Shown: positions 1-10,149 of the stretch, piece by piece
Layout: the number at the start of each line of letters is the position of its first letter
How positions within the stretch are numbered: the stretch's first letter is position 1
IMG/VR virus record: IMGVR_UViG_3300025438_000009
Span: 1 to 64,000 of that record
From: a virus
Strand: one strand, 5' to 3'
DNA length: 64,000 nt
The notes under the pieces: generated by a model
Seen by the model: the letters and a program-made list of their open reading frames with translations, nothing else
The model's database searches: none
Told to the model about the DNA's origin: nothing
Program-made: the position numbers and the translations under genes

Positions 1-42
1 TAAGCTCAACCAACGCAAGTAACGGAATGGGAGCGCGATAAA

Positions 43-333
43 ATGGTTTTATTACGACATGAGGTTGGCGATGTTATGCGTGATTTTCGCCTTAAGAGAG
101 GGATGACCCTTCGGGATTTGGCGGACAGTGCTAACGTTTCTTATAGCTATTTGAGTGAGCTGGAGCGTGGTCAAAAGGACGCCAGTAGTTTAGTTTTGCA
201 TTCTATTGCCCGAGGATTGGGGATGCCCCTGTCTGAGTTTTTGTATGAGGTGGCCGACAGGCTAGCTTTGTTTGAGGAGCCTATTCCTGATACTATCCCC
301 GAAGACTTTTTTGCGGAGCATGTGCATGAGTGA
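43..333 (+). CDS. XRE-family HTH transcriptional regulator, ClgR-like
   Basis: LRHEVGDVMRDFR..TLRDLA..VSYSYLSELERGQKDASS closely resembles actinobacterial ClgR. Confidence 0.85.
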   Translation: MVLLRHEVGDVMRDFRLKRGMTLRDLADSANVSYSYLSELERGQKDASSLVLHSIARGLGMPLSEFLYEVADRLALFEEPIPDTIPEDFFAEHVHE

Positions 334-603
334 GTGCATGACCCTTAAACAGATTGCAAAGCTTGTTGGAGACTCGGAAGAGCGAGTCAAGAACATGTTC
401 AGCATGGGCGGAGTCTTTGCTATGGTTCCCCGGCGGAAAGACGACAAAGGCAACCTTATTGTCTATCGCGAAAACTTTATGCCCTATCTGGAAAAGAAGC
501 TTGCATATGACGCTGAGTACAAGAATGACGCCCAACGGGCCTGGGACTTGCACTTCTCCACTGCGTAGTTATATAATACTTTTATACAACGGACAGGAAA
601 AAA

Positions 604-867
604 ATGACATTTGCATTAGACCCAGCTATTGAGGAATACCTATTTGAGTTGGAAAAGATTATTGTTGTCAAGGAGCAGGTAGAGGCTCAACTTGTTGAGG
701 CTCTAGATGCTGTTGCCAAGACTGGGACTGACTTTGGCACTAATGAGAAGTACGTTAAGGCAGACCAGAAAGTTAAAAAGCTTGAGCTTGAGCTCAGCAC
801 TATTACCTCTAAAGGTGGCCGTCTGGTGTACAAGATTGACCGGCTAAACGGCGTTCGACAGTCTTAG
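604..867 (+). CDS. hypothetical coiled-coil protein
   Basis: ORF with AGGA RBS. Confidence 0.6.
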   Translation: MTFALDPAIEEYLFELEKIIVVKEQVEAQLVEALDAVAKTGTDFGTNEKYVKADQKVKKLELELSTITSKGGRLVYKIDRLNGVRQS

Positions 868-1057
868 GGCAAGCCTAAAATGATTTTACACACACGTCCC
901 ACAGAAAAAGACATTCAGAGGTCTAATCCGTCTGGAGCGTACTTCCTTGGGTGTGACGGACGTCACGACTCCCTTTACCACGTGTACTACTTTTTCACTA
1001 AGAAAGAAGTTGTGCGACGCTGGCGGGAAGAGCATCCCCTAAAAGATAGATAAAAAT

Positions 1058-1309
1058 ATGTCCTATGTAAGATTTCTAGAGGCCGACGTCTACGTGTTTA
1101 TGCATGTAGGAAACTACTTAACGTGTTGTGCGTGTATTTTGGCTAAGGATGCCTGGGGCTCTTTTGATGCTCGTTCGACTCAGGAGATGGTTGACCATCT
1201 AGCTGAGCATGTTTATCAGGGGCATTTTGTTCCTCAGCATGTGTTTGATGATTTGTGGGCAGATGATGCGGAGAACTTTCCTAAGGTTGACACGAAAGAG
1301 TCTCAGTAG
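1058..1309 (+). CDS. hypothetical phage protein with Cys/His cluster
   Basis: MSYVRF..DVYVF..CCAC..HL.EH...GH.VP pattern. Confidence 0.65.
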   Translation: MSYVRFLEADVYVFMHVGNYLTCCACILAKDAWGSFDARSTQEMVDHLAEHVYQGHFVPQHVFDDLWADDAENFPKVDTKESQ

Positions 1310-1321
1310 TATCCTCAAAAC

Positions 1322-1612
1322 ATGAACAAGTTTGATGTGGCAGAAGCCATCAGAAAATCCAGCACTGTGTGGCTAAAAAAGTATGAAGTAGCCAGCAGCA
1401 GGAAGTCTAGCTTTGTAGAGCGCCCTGTAGTTAATATGGGTGCACCCCGAAAAGTTACTGGCTTTAGACCTGGTGCAGTACAGATTGATGGGATGTGGCT
1501 TGAGCTAAAAGATAGTGACAACTTTGAATTTGACCCAGACGGGCACCTTAAAATCTCAATCATGGGACCAGACGGGTACCACTGGGTAAGGATGACGTAC
1601 AAGATTAGTTAG
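1322..1612 (+). CDS. hypothetical protein
   Basis: ORF continuing the + strand gene string. Confidence 0.55.
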   Translation: MNKFDVAEAIRKSSTVWLKKYEVASSRKSSFVERPVVNMGAPRKVTGFRPGAVQIDGMWLELKDSDNFEFDPDGHLKISIMGPDGYHWVRMTYKIS

Positions 1613-1755
1613 GTGTTTATGGTTATATTAGCCTTTAGTCTGTGTTAGTATAGAACTTGTAGGTCATTGACCTCCTTTCGTTGTGGTTAACGATTAAGAA
1701 CCCCCCTGGTGTTTACACTGGGGGGGTTCGTCGTTATGTAGGGTATGATGTCAGC

Positions 1756-2457
1756 ATGGGAAACAAACTTCTTGAGCCTGTTGTGGGCATCTATAAAAAG
1801 TACTATGCGCAGACTGCGAACATTATTATCGAAGTTGGTAGTAGAGACGGAGAGAACGCCGACTACCTTAGGACAAAGCTAAGGGCAAAAAAGGCGTATG
1901 CCATCGAAGCAAACCCTGCCCTAGTTGTAGGTATTGCAGAACGCTATCCTAAACTGACTGTGCGTGAGATTGCCATCTCTAACTTTGACGGTGAAGCTGA
2001 CTTTTTGCAAGTAATCTCAGATGACATAAATCTGCTGGGAACCTCGTCTCTAGACATTAGCAAAGCAAAGCGTGAGGAAATCTACAAGACAACCGAGACA
2101 GAAGTTATTACCGTCAAAGTCTCAAGGCTAGATTCTTTTTTGGCAAAAGAAAAGCTGGTAGAAAAAACAATTAGCGTTATAAAAATTGATATTGGAGGTA
2201 TGACCTACCAGGCTCTACTTGGCTTTGGAGAGCTCATTAAGAATGTAAAGATGTTCCACCTCAAGACAGAACGCAAGTACGACCATCCCTCACACAAAAA
2301 CAATCTTGAGGTTGCTGGATACATGAGACACCACGGTTTCTTCCTGGCGGGTGTGTTCTATGAGTGGGGTCCCAATATTCAAGACCAAATCTGGATGAAC
2401 AAAGCTCTTCTCCCAGAAGAGGTTAAGGCTTTGCCTAAAGAGATTTCTGAGCGCTAG
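1756..2457 (+). CDS. FkbM-family methyltransferase-like protein
   Basis: IIEVGSRDG, IEANP, AISN, SRLDSF, KIDIGG; ATG 1756 lies 6 nt after TATGAT (leaderless). Confidence 0.75.
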   Translation: MGNKLLEPVVGIYKKYYAQTANIIIEVGSRDGENADYLRTKLRAKKAYAIEANPALVVGIAERYPKLTVREIAISNFDGEADFLQVISDDINLLGTSSLDISKAKREEIYKTTETEVITVKVSRLDSFLAKEKLVEKTISVIKIDIGGMTYQALLGFGELIKNVKMFHLKTERKYDHPSHKNNLEVAGYMRHHGFFLAGVFYEWGPNIQDQIWMNKALLPEEVKALPKEISER

Positions 2458-2643
2458 CCCTTGTGCTAGTATTTTCCTATGAACAACAGCACTCATAACG
2501 TTGAATATCTCATTAGAGATGAAATTCTTGAGGCGGGGATTCTCGAAGAAGATGGTCAAACTTTGAGCTACTTCCACAACGGAAGAGAATACCTGGTTTC
2601 TATTTTAGCTGTCGACATTACCGATTGGCAGAAGGAGCAGTAG

Positions 2644-2864
2644 TGTCTCAAGAACACACGGACACGGACACGGACACGGACATGTACACGCACCCTAGTG
2701 GCATAACAGTAATTCAGATTACAAAACACGAGACCTTTCTACGTGGCAATATTATTAAGTATGTACTCAGGGCTCCGTATTCTGGCGAAGAACTAAAAGA
2801 TTTAAAGAAGGCTGCTGTCTACCTGCAGTGGGAGATTGAGCACCTAGAGGGCACCAAAGAATGA
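2644..2864 (+). CDS. DUF3310/SaV-like phage protein
   Basis: YTHPSGI..F.RGNIIKYVLRA..DLKKA..YL; GTG start with AAGGAG RBS. Confidence 0.75.
2656..2682 (+). repeat. (ACACGG)x4.5 in-frame tandem repeat encoding TD dipeptides
   Basis: directly visible. Confidence 0.9.
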
Positions 2865-3607
2865 TTTATGAGTGGAGACCCTCGCCAGACTATAGAAACT
2901 ATGGAGATGCTCTTGGGGAGATAGTTGTCGAGGCTCTAAAAACTGGACTAAGTTCTGAGCGGGACACCCTAGACAATTCAGAGATTATGTACTTCCCTAT
3001 TGGAAGTGTGATTCAAGACGTATACATAGAATCAACACTAAACTTGGGCATGACTCCTATCTTTGTGGGATGTGGGTGGGATGGCAAAGAACTCACTCCA
3101 GAGCTGGCTAAGCAGGCTAAATACCTTGGATGCCGAGGACCAGAAACCAAGGCAGCATTGGAGAGGGCTGGAGTTTCAAACATCCCTGTCTATGGAGACA
3201 CTGCCTATGTAGCACTGGACTACCTCAATATTGCAGTAGAGAAAACGTATAGCACTCTACTCATCCCACACGTCGGCTCGGAAGACTATGACCTAAAAGC
3301 TAGTCAAGCAGAACATCTCATGCTCCCTCGAGTAGTGACAAGGCAAGACATTGTTGATATGGCCTCGTGCATCGCAGGAGCCAGCTTTATTTTGTCCTAC
3401 GCAATGCACGCCTGCATCACTGCACATGCGTACAGAGTGCCTTTTGCACCATACGCAACGGAAGAAAATAAAAAAAACGGACTATCTAAAAAATGGTACG
3501 ACTGGTTTGCTTCTATCGGAGTTAATGCTCCTCAAGTTGAGCTGTGCTCTACGTTGGAAGAGGGCTTGGACTGGTACGAGAGAGTTTTTGTTCCCTCTGC
3601 TACTTGA
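2861..3607 (+). CDS. polysaccharide pyruvyl-transferase-like protein
   Basis: NYGDAL, IGSVI, G.G, CRGPET, GDTA, IPH, S.AMHACI.AHAY.VP. Confidence 0.7.
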   Translation: MIYEWRPSPDYRNYGDALGEIVVEALKTGLSSERDTLDNSEIMYFPIGSVIQDVYIESTLNLGMTPIFVGCGWDGKELTPELAKQAKYLGCRGPETKAALERAGVSNIPVYGDTAYVALDYLNIAVEKTYSTLLIPHVGSEDYDLKASQAEHLMLPRVVTRQDIVDMASCIAGASFILSYAMHACITAHAYRVPFAPYATEENKKNGLSKKWYDWFASIGVNAPQVELCSTLEEGLDWYERVFVPSAT

Positions 3608-3638
3608 CAACATCGCATCTGAGCACTACCGTAGATGT

Positions 3639-3836
3639 ATGACCGCACGAAGAGAGGCCCGACAGCTGGCGAAAAAAGCTGAAGAACAAGGCTGGATTGT
3701 TGACTACACCAAAGGTGGACATCTACGATACAGAGCCCCCACAGGAAAAATATTCTTTTTTAGCTCGACCCCGTCAGATACGAGGTCGCTAAAAAATCAG
3801 ACGTCTTTGATGTCAAAACATGGTTTTGTCAAGTAA
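3639..3836 (+). CDS. HicA-like protein, leaderless
   Basis: GW.V..TKGGHLRY..P.G....STPSD; TTGACA-17-TACCGT ends 6 nt before ATG. Confidence 0.7.
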   Translation: MTARREARQLAKKAEEQGWIVDYTKGGHLRYRAPTGKIFFFSSTPSDTRSLKNQTSLMSKHGFVK

Positions 3837-3951
3837 AGACTCACTGTAATAGAGTAAGATAGAAAGACTGTATATAACAAAATATCGGAGGTAGCCTTGT
3901 AAAATTCAAGGACGAACACGAAGATAGTTAGACAGAAAGGGGGAAGCTAAT

Positions 3952-4863
3952 ATGCGTCCTCATAATAAAGTACAGTTAAATAAGCTACATCCACATCAAA
4001 AAATTAAAAAAATTGAAGAGAGAAAAAAGAACAAGTTCCCTTTTTCACACCCCAGAAATTCTGGACTGCTCCTAAGTTCTATATATTTGTTTGGCCCTCT
4101 TCTGCTCATCCCCCCACTTTTATTGGAAAAAGCGCCGGGAATGTATCCTTCCACAGCGGGAGAAACTTCTATGGTAGATGTCCTCACTGGTAAGGGAGGA
4201 CCTGAAGAAGTTCCTATGAGAACTCTCCCCTCTCTTGAAATGCTTGATTATCGTTTTCAGACTGTCTCTCAATTCAACATCTTTGAGGCGAGTGTTGCTC
4301 CTTTAGTGGCAACCAAGACGAGAGTCTTAAACCACCTCAAGGTGTATAACACCGTCATGCCCACTACTTCCCCCGAGGTTAGCAGTGAGTATGGGTGGAG
4401 GACTCCCCCCTGCAAAGGCTGCAGTGCTGACCATAAGGGCACCGACTTTGTCCCCGGTGCGGGCACTCCCATCTTTGCTGTGGCCGATGGAATGGTCGTT
4501 GACATGGGACGCAACGGTGGATACGGAAACTTCGTCAAGATGAGTCACCTCATCGCCAACTCCGAGGGTGTCATGGAAGAGTGGACCACACTCTACGCCC
4601 ACATGAAAGATGACTCGTTCCCGAAAGGAATGATGATTGGTTCAGCAATGAGAAGCGGTGAGAAGATTGGAGCCGTAGGGAACACCGGAATGTCAACCGG
4701 ACCACACCTACACTTCGAACTGCTCATCAACGGTGAACACCTAGACCCACTGCCACTCCTCGGCACCCATAAAATTATTATTGTCTCCGAAGAGGACTAT
4801 CCAGACTATATGTTTGTGGGAGAAAAGTTCAAGGTAGTTGAGACAGTAGTCACATACGAGTAA
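3952..4863 (+). CDS. membrane-anchored M23 metallopeptidase
   Basis: HKGTD, GYGN, YAHM, GNTGMSTGPHLHFE; hydrophobic N-terminal segment. Confidence 0.9.
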   Translation: MRPHNKVQLNKLHPHQKIKKIEERKKNKFPFSHPRNSGLLLSSIYLFGPLLLIPPLLLEKAPGMYPSTAGETSMVDVLTGKGGPEEVPMRTLPSLEMLDYRFQTVSQFNIFEASVAPLVATKTRVLNHLKVYNTVMPTTSPEVSSEYGWRTPPCKGCSADHKGTDFVPGAGTPIFAVADGMVVDMGRNGGYGNFVKMSHLIANSEGVMEEWTTLYAHMKDDSFPKGMMIGSAMRSGEKIGAVGNTGMSTGPHLHFELLINGEHLDPLPLLGTHKIIIVSEEDYPDYMFVGEKFKVVETVVTYE

Positions 4864-4992
4864 CTGAATACACAACAAAAAAGTTAGTGTATTATAGTTC
4901 TCAGGTGGATAGTGGTTAATCCGTTCATGGAAACCCCCCGTAGCCAATCTGGTTGCGGGGGGTATTCTTTTATACAAGTACATATATAAACC

Positions 4993-5029
4993 AAAAACGC
5001 CCCCCTGCCACTATCTGCAGGAAAGCGTA
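4993..5029 (-). terminator. intrinsic terminator downstream of the tRNA
   Basis: minus strand ACGCTTTCCTGC..GCAGGGGGGCG followed by TTTTT. Confidence 0.6.
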
Positions 5030-5208
5030 TTGGTAGATGTTGGACCACCGCCTATCTAAGCCAGTAATAAACCTTTCGTTCTAAGAGTTGATTGTTCATA
5101 GGTATCTCATTCAGCTCCTTACTGGTCTAGTGACCACGTGTGTATTTGTATCTCTATTTTACCTAGTGCGGTATTGTTCTAGAGATTTCACAGTGAGCAC
5201 TTATATAG

Positions 5209-5283
5209 GGCCTCCTGCCGGATTCGAACCGGCGACTTCAATATTACAAGTATTGCACTCTGGCCAGACTGAGTTAAGGAGGC
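5209..5283 (-). tRNA. tRNA-Thr(UGU), CCA not encoded
   Basis: acceptor GCCTCCT/AGGAGGC, anticodon arm CAATA-CTTGTAA-TATTG, T arm GCCGG-TTCGAAT-CCGGC. Confidence 0.92.
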
Positions 5284-5385
5284 AAACTTTATCGGGAACG
5301 TTCTTTAATCCTACGCTCCTTATAGCACTTAAGGCAGTAACTACCCATAAACCTAATACGGTGCCTGTAGCAGGGGTAACCAAGC

Positions 5386-5736
5386 TTACGACGCACTGTT
5401 CTCTTCTTCTTTCTTAGACGCAATCTTTTCTTTATATTGAGTCGCTAGATTTTTGATTGTCTGATTTTTGTAGTGCACGGTGCGAATATCTTCTACTCTA
5501 AAACTACGCCACTGCTCACAGCCCTTAGGTCCACCCCACACATCAACCCACTCAGCTCCTGCAGGAGTTTTAACATGTTTAATAAACCTAAACCTACCGC
5601 GTTGATTGCGGATTCTCAACTCAGTGCCTGGCTGAATGTTCCGTCCGTTAACCTGAAGACTCTCCGACTTCTCCCAATCAGCGCTAAGGTCTGGGGTTAT
5701 ACTTTTTGATTTGCGTCGCGCCATGTTTTCTACCAT
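5386..5736 (-). CDS. conserved actinophage hypothetical protein
   Basis: PGTELRI..RGRFRF..EWVDVWGG..WRSF. Confidence 0.7.
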   Translation of the reverse strand: MVENMARRKSKSITPDLSADWEKSESLQVNGRNIQPGTELRIRNQRGRFRFIKHVKTPAGAEWVDVWGGPKGCEQWRSFRVEDIRTVHYKNQTIKNLATQYKEKIASKKEEENSAS

Positions 5737-5830
5737 ACCTCATGTCTGGGCAAAAGTTATTTAACCAAGCAAAAAAAGAAACGGAGGGGGACACCCTCCG
5801 TCTCCTTGCTTCCCCCACACTAAGGAAAGT

Positions 5831-6592
5831 TTAGTACTTTTCTGCGTTAAGAGCCCTCTGAATTCCAGAGATAGTCACTCTGCCCCACACGCCGTCAATC
5901 TTTCCGGTGTAAAAACCCTTATCTGCGAGGCGACGTTGGACTGCCCTGCGAGTGTTAGGTCCGTTAATACCATCAATGTCGTTTGCCGGGTAACCAAAGG
6001 GCACACCGGAACGTTGGACAGCAGACCACGTAAGCTTGCCGGTCCGACCGTCAATCTTTCCGATGTAGCCCCAATCCTTCTTAAGAGCGTCCTGCCATGC
6101 ACGCCACGTGTTACGTCCAAGACGACCATCCACTTTAAGGACAGGCTTTTTGTTGACGGGCTGGTTGCCACTGAGATACGCCATTGGGTCAACCTGGCGA
6201 CCACGACGAGAACGTCGAACCTCAAAGTGGACATGATTCCCGGTGCTAACCCCAGTTGTCCCACTAGTGTAGACCGTATCTCCTGCCTGCACGCGCTGGC
6301 CAACAGCAAGAGTAGAGCGCTCCTTGCCATGAAAATAAGCAGTAAACAGGTTAGTACCGTGTTCGACAACTACAACGTTCCCACCAGACTGACGCCTTTT
6401 TGCCCGTGGTCCCAAAGAATCCCAGTCAGCCGCGACATGTACAACAACACCATCACCCGCCACAAGAACTTTAAAAGAACCGCCAAAATCAACACCTGTA
6501 TGCATTCTTCCAAGCTGTCCAGTAACAGGATGACGTCTTGGGCCATAAGGACTAGTGATGGGTCGTTTAGGTGCAGGATTATATAGTTTCAT
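5831..6592 (-). CDS. endolysin: M23 peptidase plus peptidoglycan-binding repeats
   Basis: ITSPYGPR, HTGVD, GTTGVSTGNHVHFE, four [VI]DG..G..T repeats. Confidence 0.9.
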   Translation of the reverse strand: MKLYNPAPKRPITSPYGPRRHPVTGQLGRMHTGVDFGGSFKVLVAGDGVVVHVAADWDSLGPRAKRRQSGGNVVVVEHGTNLFTAYFHGKERSTLAVGQRVQAGDTVYTSGTTGVSTGNHVHFEVRRSRRGRQVDPMAYLSGNQPVNKKPVLKVDGRLGRNTWRAWQDALKKDWGYIGKIDGRTGKLTWSAVQRSGVPFGYPANDIDGINGPNTRRAVQRRLADKGFYTGKIDGVWGRVTISGIQRALNAEKY

Positions 6593-6689
6593 ATAACAAG
6601 TATAGCAAATAAAAGAACCCCCCTTTCGGAGGGTCCTTCTTATTTAGTTGTATTACTTTTTACCGCAGACGCACTTATCTCTACACATA

Positions 6690-7688
6690 CTAAACCAAAA
6701 CTTCGGACTTAGAAGAAGCGCTAGCGTTTGCCTCATACGAGGTGTTGGTGGACTCAAAGAAGTTTACCAGGGAAAACACATCATTCACACCCATCCACTG
6801 AGCAGGGTTCGTGACGTTGTACTGAGTTGGAAGACCCAGCTCCTCGAGACGACGGTCAGCCATGTACTTGACGTACTGGTTGATGTAGTTGGCGTTCAGA
6901 CCAAGGATGCCCCTAGGGAACATGTCCTTGTTGTACTCAGTCTCCAGGTCAACAGCATCCGTAATCATCTGAGTAACTTCCTCAACAAACGCCTCAGTAG
7001 CAATCTCAGGGTTCTCCTCAAGGATTGTCAGAATGAGGTTGATACCGAACTTGAGGTGCAAGCTCTCGTCACGCACCACCCAATCAATAAGAGATGCGTA
7101 GTTCTTCAACAAGTTCCGCTGACGGAAGCTCAGTGCCACCATGAAACCCGAGTAGAAGAAGATACCCTCTTGGATGATGTTGTACGCAACAAGGTTGCGC
7201 ACGAAGTCCTGCTTGCCCTCAAGAGTATTGATATCCAGAGTCTCCTCGGTCATCCGCTTGATGTACTTAGTGATGAACTCCTCTTTCGCAGCAATCGTTG
7301 GAGACGTAATGTGCTGACCGTAAATCTTCTCGCGGTCAACAGGGAAAGTCTCCAATACATACTCGAAGCTCATAACGTGGTTGCACTCCTCAAACATCTG
7401 ACGAGCGATAAACATGTGAGCCTCAGCGGCGTTTACGTAGGGGTACACGCCAAAAGCAAGTGCCTTGTTAACAACGAGCTCCGAAGGGTTGAAGAAGGAC
7501 ATGAGAAAAGTCAGAGCGTGTTGCTCTTCATCCGTCATCTTCTTGAAGTCTGCGATGTCCTCGCCCAACTGAATTTCGTTGGGGAACCAGGTGTTAGCAA
7601 TAGCCTGGTCGTAGAGGTCCATAGCCCACTGGTATTTAACTGGCTTAAGCAAAAGCCCGTCTTGAATTCCTGTTCCAAGAATTCCCAT
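6690..7688 (-). CDS. nrdB: ribonucleotide reductase beta subunit with class Ic-type residues
   Basis: W.P.EI...DI.DF, EECNH, EGIFFYSGF, RDESLH; AGGAGA RBS before ATG 7688. Confidence 0.95.
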   Translation of the reverse strand: MGILGTGIQDGLLLKPVKYQWAMDLYDQAIANTWFPNEIQLGEDIADFKKMTDEEQHALTFLMSFFNPSELVVNKALAFGVYPYVNAAEAHMFIARQMFEECNHVMSFEYVLETFPVDREKIYGQHITSPTIAAKEEFITKYIKRMTEETLDINTLEGKQDFVRNLVAYNIIQEGIFFYSGFMVALSFRQRNLLKNYASLIDWVVRDESLHLKFGINLILTILEENPEIATEAFVEEVTQMITDAVDLETEYNKDMFPRGILGLNANYINQYVKYMADRRLEELGLPTQYNVTNPAQWMGVNDVFSLVNFFESTNTSYEANASASSKSEVLV

Positions 7689-7713
7689 TTTATTTCTCCT
7701 TATTTTTTCTTTG

Positions 7714-10131
7714 TTAGTTTTTAGCTGATGCAAAACCAAAGCCCTTTTTAGGTGCTCCAGCGGTGTCGTTTTTAGAAATTTGCTCTGCCTTGTTCACCTG
7801 TACGGTGGACTGCTCGGCGGTGTGGCGGGGCTTCATGTGCAGGTAATAGGTGGTCTTTACACCCAAGTCCCATGCAGATGTGTAGATTGCCATAATCTCA
7901 TCGATGTCCCTGGTCTCCAGGTACATGTTACGAGAAATGGCTTGGTCAACCCACTTTTGTGCCCTCGATGCAACGTGCAAGAAGGCTAGAGGGTTAAGCT
8001 GGAAACTGGTCTTGTAGACGGCTTTCAGGCTGTCAGGGACCTCGTCCAGAGTCTGGATGTTGCCTTGGTTGCGAAGAATCTCCCCGCGCAAAGACTCCCA
8101 CAATCCAAGACCCTTAAGGTCGCGGACCAGGTTTTCGTTAACCTCGAGGAACTTACCCGAGCTCGTTGCACGGCTAAAAATCTGTGCAAACTGGGGGTCG
8201 AGCCCTGGAGTAGTTCCGGCAACGAGCCCAATGGATGCTGTGGGAGCGATAGCCATCAAGGTGGCGTTACGGATTCCGTGCTCCTTCACTCGGGTGCGGA
8301 GGGTGTCCCAATCCAGAGTTGTGCTCCGACTGACCTTAATAGAGACCTCTCGGTCCTGCTCAGCCAAGTCGATGCTGTCAAAAGGAACCATGCCCTGTGA
8401 CCAGCGTGAGCCCTCGAAGTTTGGATATGCTCCTCGCTCCTTAGCAAGCTCAATGCTGGCCTCAATGGCTGCATACGAAATGTGCTCCGTAATAACGTCA
8501 GCAAGGTTGTAAGCTTCTTCAGACTCGTAGGAGATGCCGAACTTCTCGAGGATGTCAGTGAATCCCATGTAGCCCAAGCCAATTGCTCGGTTCTGCTCAT
8601 TAGAGTTGTCAGCTTCCACAACACTCGAACGGGTGACGTCGATGAGGTTATCAAGCTGACGCACAGCCAACTTTGCACTTTCGGCCAACTTTGCATAATC
8701 GATGCTTTTGTTATCTCGCGTCAGGTGCGTGCTTAAGTTAATAGACGCCAAGTTACACACCGAAACGTTCTCCAAGTCCTGCGGGAGAGTAATCTCCGTG
8801 CACAGGTTTGAACAATGAATTGTGCCTGTATTGTTGTTTAAAGCGCGGTTATTGATGGTATCTTTCCAGGTTAGCCATGGGTGGCTGGTGCCCTGAAGAG
8901 AAATCAAGATGGCCTTGAACTGCTCGCGGGCAGTGGTGACTTTATAGCGTTCGATGTTGCCAGCCTTAGCTTCCTCAACGTAGTGAGCGTAGCGCTCAGA
9001 GAACACCTTGCCATGCAGTTCGTTCAGGTCAGCAACCTCAAGCGGGTCAAACAAATACCAATCTTCATTGTTCTGAACGCGCTTCATGAACTCATCGGAA
9101 ATCCACACGGCTGTGTTTGCCGTCCGGGTGCGACGGTAGGGGTCACCGGAGTTCTGGCGAAGGTCAAGGAACTCGGGGAAGTCCAAGTGCCAGTTCTCCA
9201 TGTAGAAGCACATGGCACCAAACTTCTTGCCACCACGGCTAACAGCCCGTAGGACGCTGTCTAACGTGTGCAAAAAGGGGATAGGCCCCGTAGAGGCGGT
9301 GTTATTTGAGCGAATTGGTGAACCCTGAGCGCGAAGCTTAGTTACCGAAAGACCAATACCACCAGTTCCCTTGGTCAACCACATGACATCGCGGGTCGTC
9401 TTCGCGATGTGCTCCATGTCATCCTGCATCTCCATGACAAAGCAGTTAGCAAGCTGAGGAGTGGACGTACCAGCATTAGCAAGAGTCGAACCAGCAGCGA
9501 GATATTCAAGGGCACTCATCTTTTTGTAAAAACTAATTGCGTACTCGGTGGGGTCCTGCTCGTTCAAAGACAGGCCCATAGCGATACGCATCCAGAAGAA
9601 CTGAGGCACCTCTAAGGGGCTCTGTGTGCGGTCCTTGAGAGCGTAACGGTTCATGAAGGTGACGATGCCGATGTACTTAAAGAGCTCGTCATTGGTGGGC
9701 TCAAGGGCTTCTGAAAGTGCTTTAAAATCGAAGAGACCGTCAACAACAAACCTCTCATCCATGAGGTTCTGCTCAACCCCCAAACGAATAGTCTTCTCAA
9801 AGTTCCTTGTGTGGAGTCCCATCAACTGCTCTTTGTTGGTGTACTTTCCAAACACCCTCTTGTACAAGCTCTTAAGGAAAAAACGAGTCGCAACCTTATC
9901 AAAAGCAGGGTCATCTTTGACGTTCTGCAAAGCGACCTGAATGACCGCTTCGTCGAGCTGTTGGGTGGTGATGCCGTCAAACAAAGTCAGCTCGAGCTCA
10001 CTGGCAATCTTGGTAACCCAAGGAGTCGCTGGGTCCAAGTCATTAGTGATGTCTTCAATAGCTAAGTTAATTTTGTTCGCGTCGTACTGCTCAGAACGTC
10101 CGTCCCTCTTTGTGACATAAATGTTGCTCAT
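7714..10131 (-). CDS. nrdA: class I ribonucleotide reductase alpha subunit with ATP cone
   Basis: VTKRDG cone, LANCF, SNLCTEI, VCNLASINL, IAPTAS, KTTYY; no C-terminal Cys. Confidence 0.97.
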   Translation of the reverse strand: MSNIYVTKRDGRSEQYDANKINLAIEDITNDLDPATPWVTKIASELELTLFDGITTQQLDEAVIQVALQNVKDDPAFDKVATRFFLKSLYKRVFGKYTNKEQLMGLHTRNFEKTIRLGVEQNLMDERFVVDGLFDFKALSEALEPTNDELFKYIGIVTFMNRYALKDRTQSPLEVPQFFWMRIAMGLSLNEQDPTEYAISFYKKMSALEYLAAGSTLANAGTSTPQLANCFVMEMQDDMEHIAKTTRDVMWLTKGTGGIGLSVTKLRAQGSPIRSNNTASTGPIPFLHTLDSVLRAVSRGGKKFGAMCFYMENWHLDFPEFLDLRQNSGDPYRRTRTANTAVWISDEFMKRVQNNEDWYLFDPLEVADLNELHGKVFSERYAHYVEEAKAGNIERYKVTTAREQFKAILISLQGTSHPWLTWKDTINNRALNNNTGTIHCSNLCTEITLPQDLENVSVCNLASINLSTHLTRDNKSIDYAKLAESAKLAVRQLDNLIDVTRSSVVEADNSNEQNRAIGLGYMGFTDILEKFGISYESEEAYNLADVITEHISYAAIEASIELAKERGAYPNFEGSRWSQGMVPFDSIDLAEQDREVSIKVSRSTTLDWDTLRTRVKEHGIRNATLMAIAPTASIGLVAGTTPGLDPQFAQIFSRATSSGKFLEVNENLVRDLKGLGLWESLRGEILRNQGNIQTLDEVPDSLKAVYKTSFQLNPLAFLHVASRAQKWVDQAISRNMYLETRDIDEIMAIYTSAWDLGVKTTYYLHMKPRHTAEQSTVQVNKAEQISKNDTAGAPKKGFGFASAKN

Positions 10132-10149
10132 TGTAGTTGTTATACCTTC

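Noticed and set aside
2656-2682. Hexamer repeat as a phase-variation switch
   Set aside because: Unit length is a multiple of 3, so slippage keeps the reading frame
5030-5145. Hammerhead-like CTGAATGAG...CGAAA on the minus strand
   Set aside because: Core has an extra base and stem II does not pair; could be a tiny ORF or tRNA trailer
5201-5383. 60-aa ORF over the tRNA
   Set aside because: Overlaps a canonical tRNA and has no clear RBS
6648-7724. 358-aa + strand ORF and similar long antisense ORFs (e.g. 45884..46606, 48630..49460, 62376..63107)
   Set aside because: Shadow ORFs opposite well-supported genes
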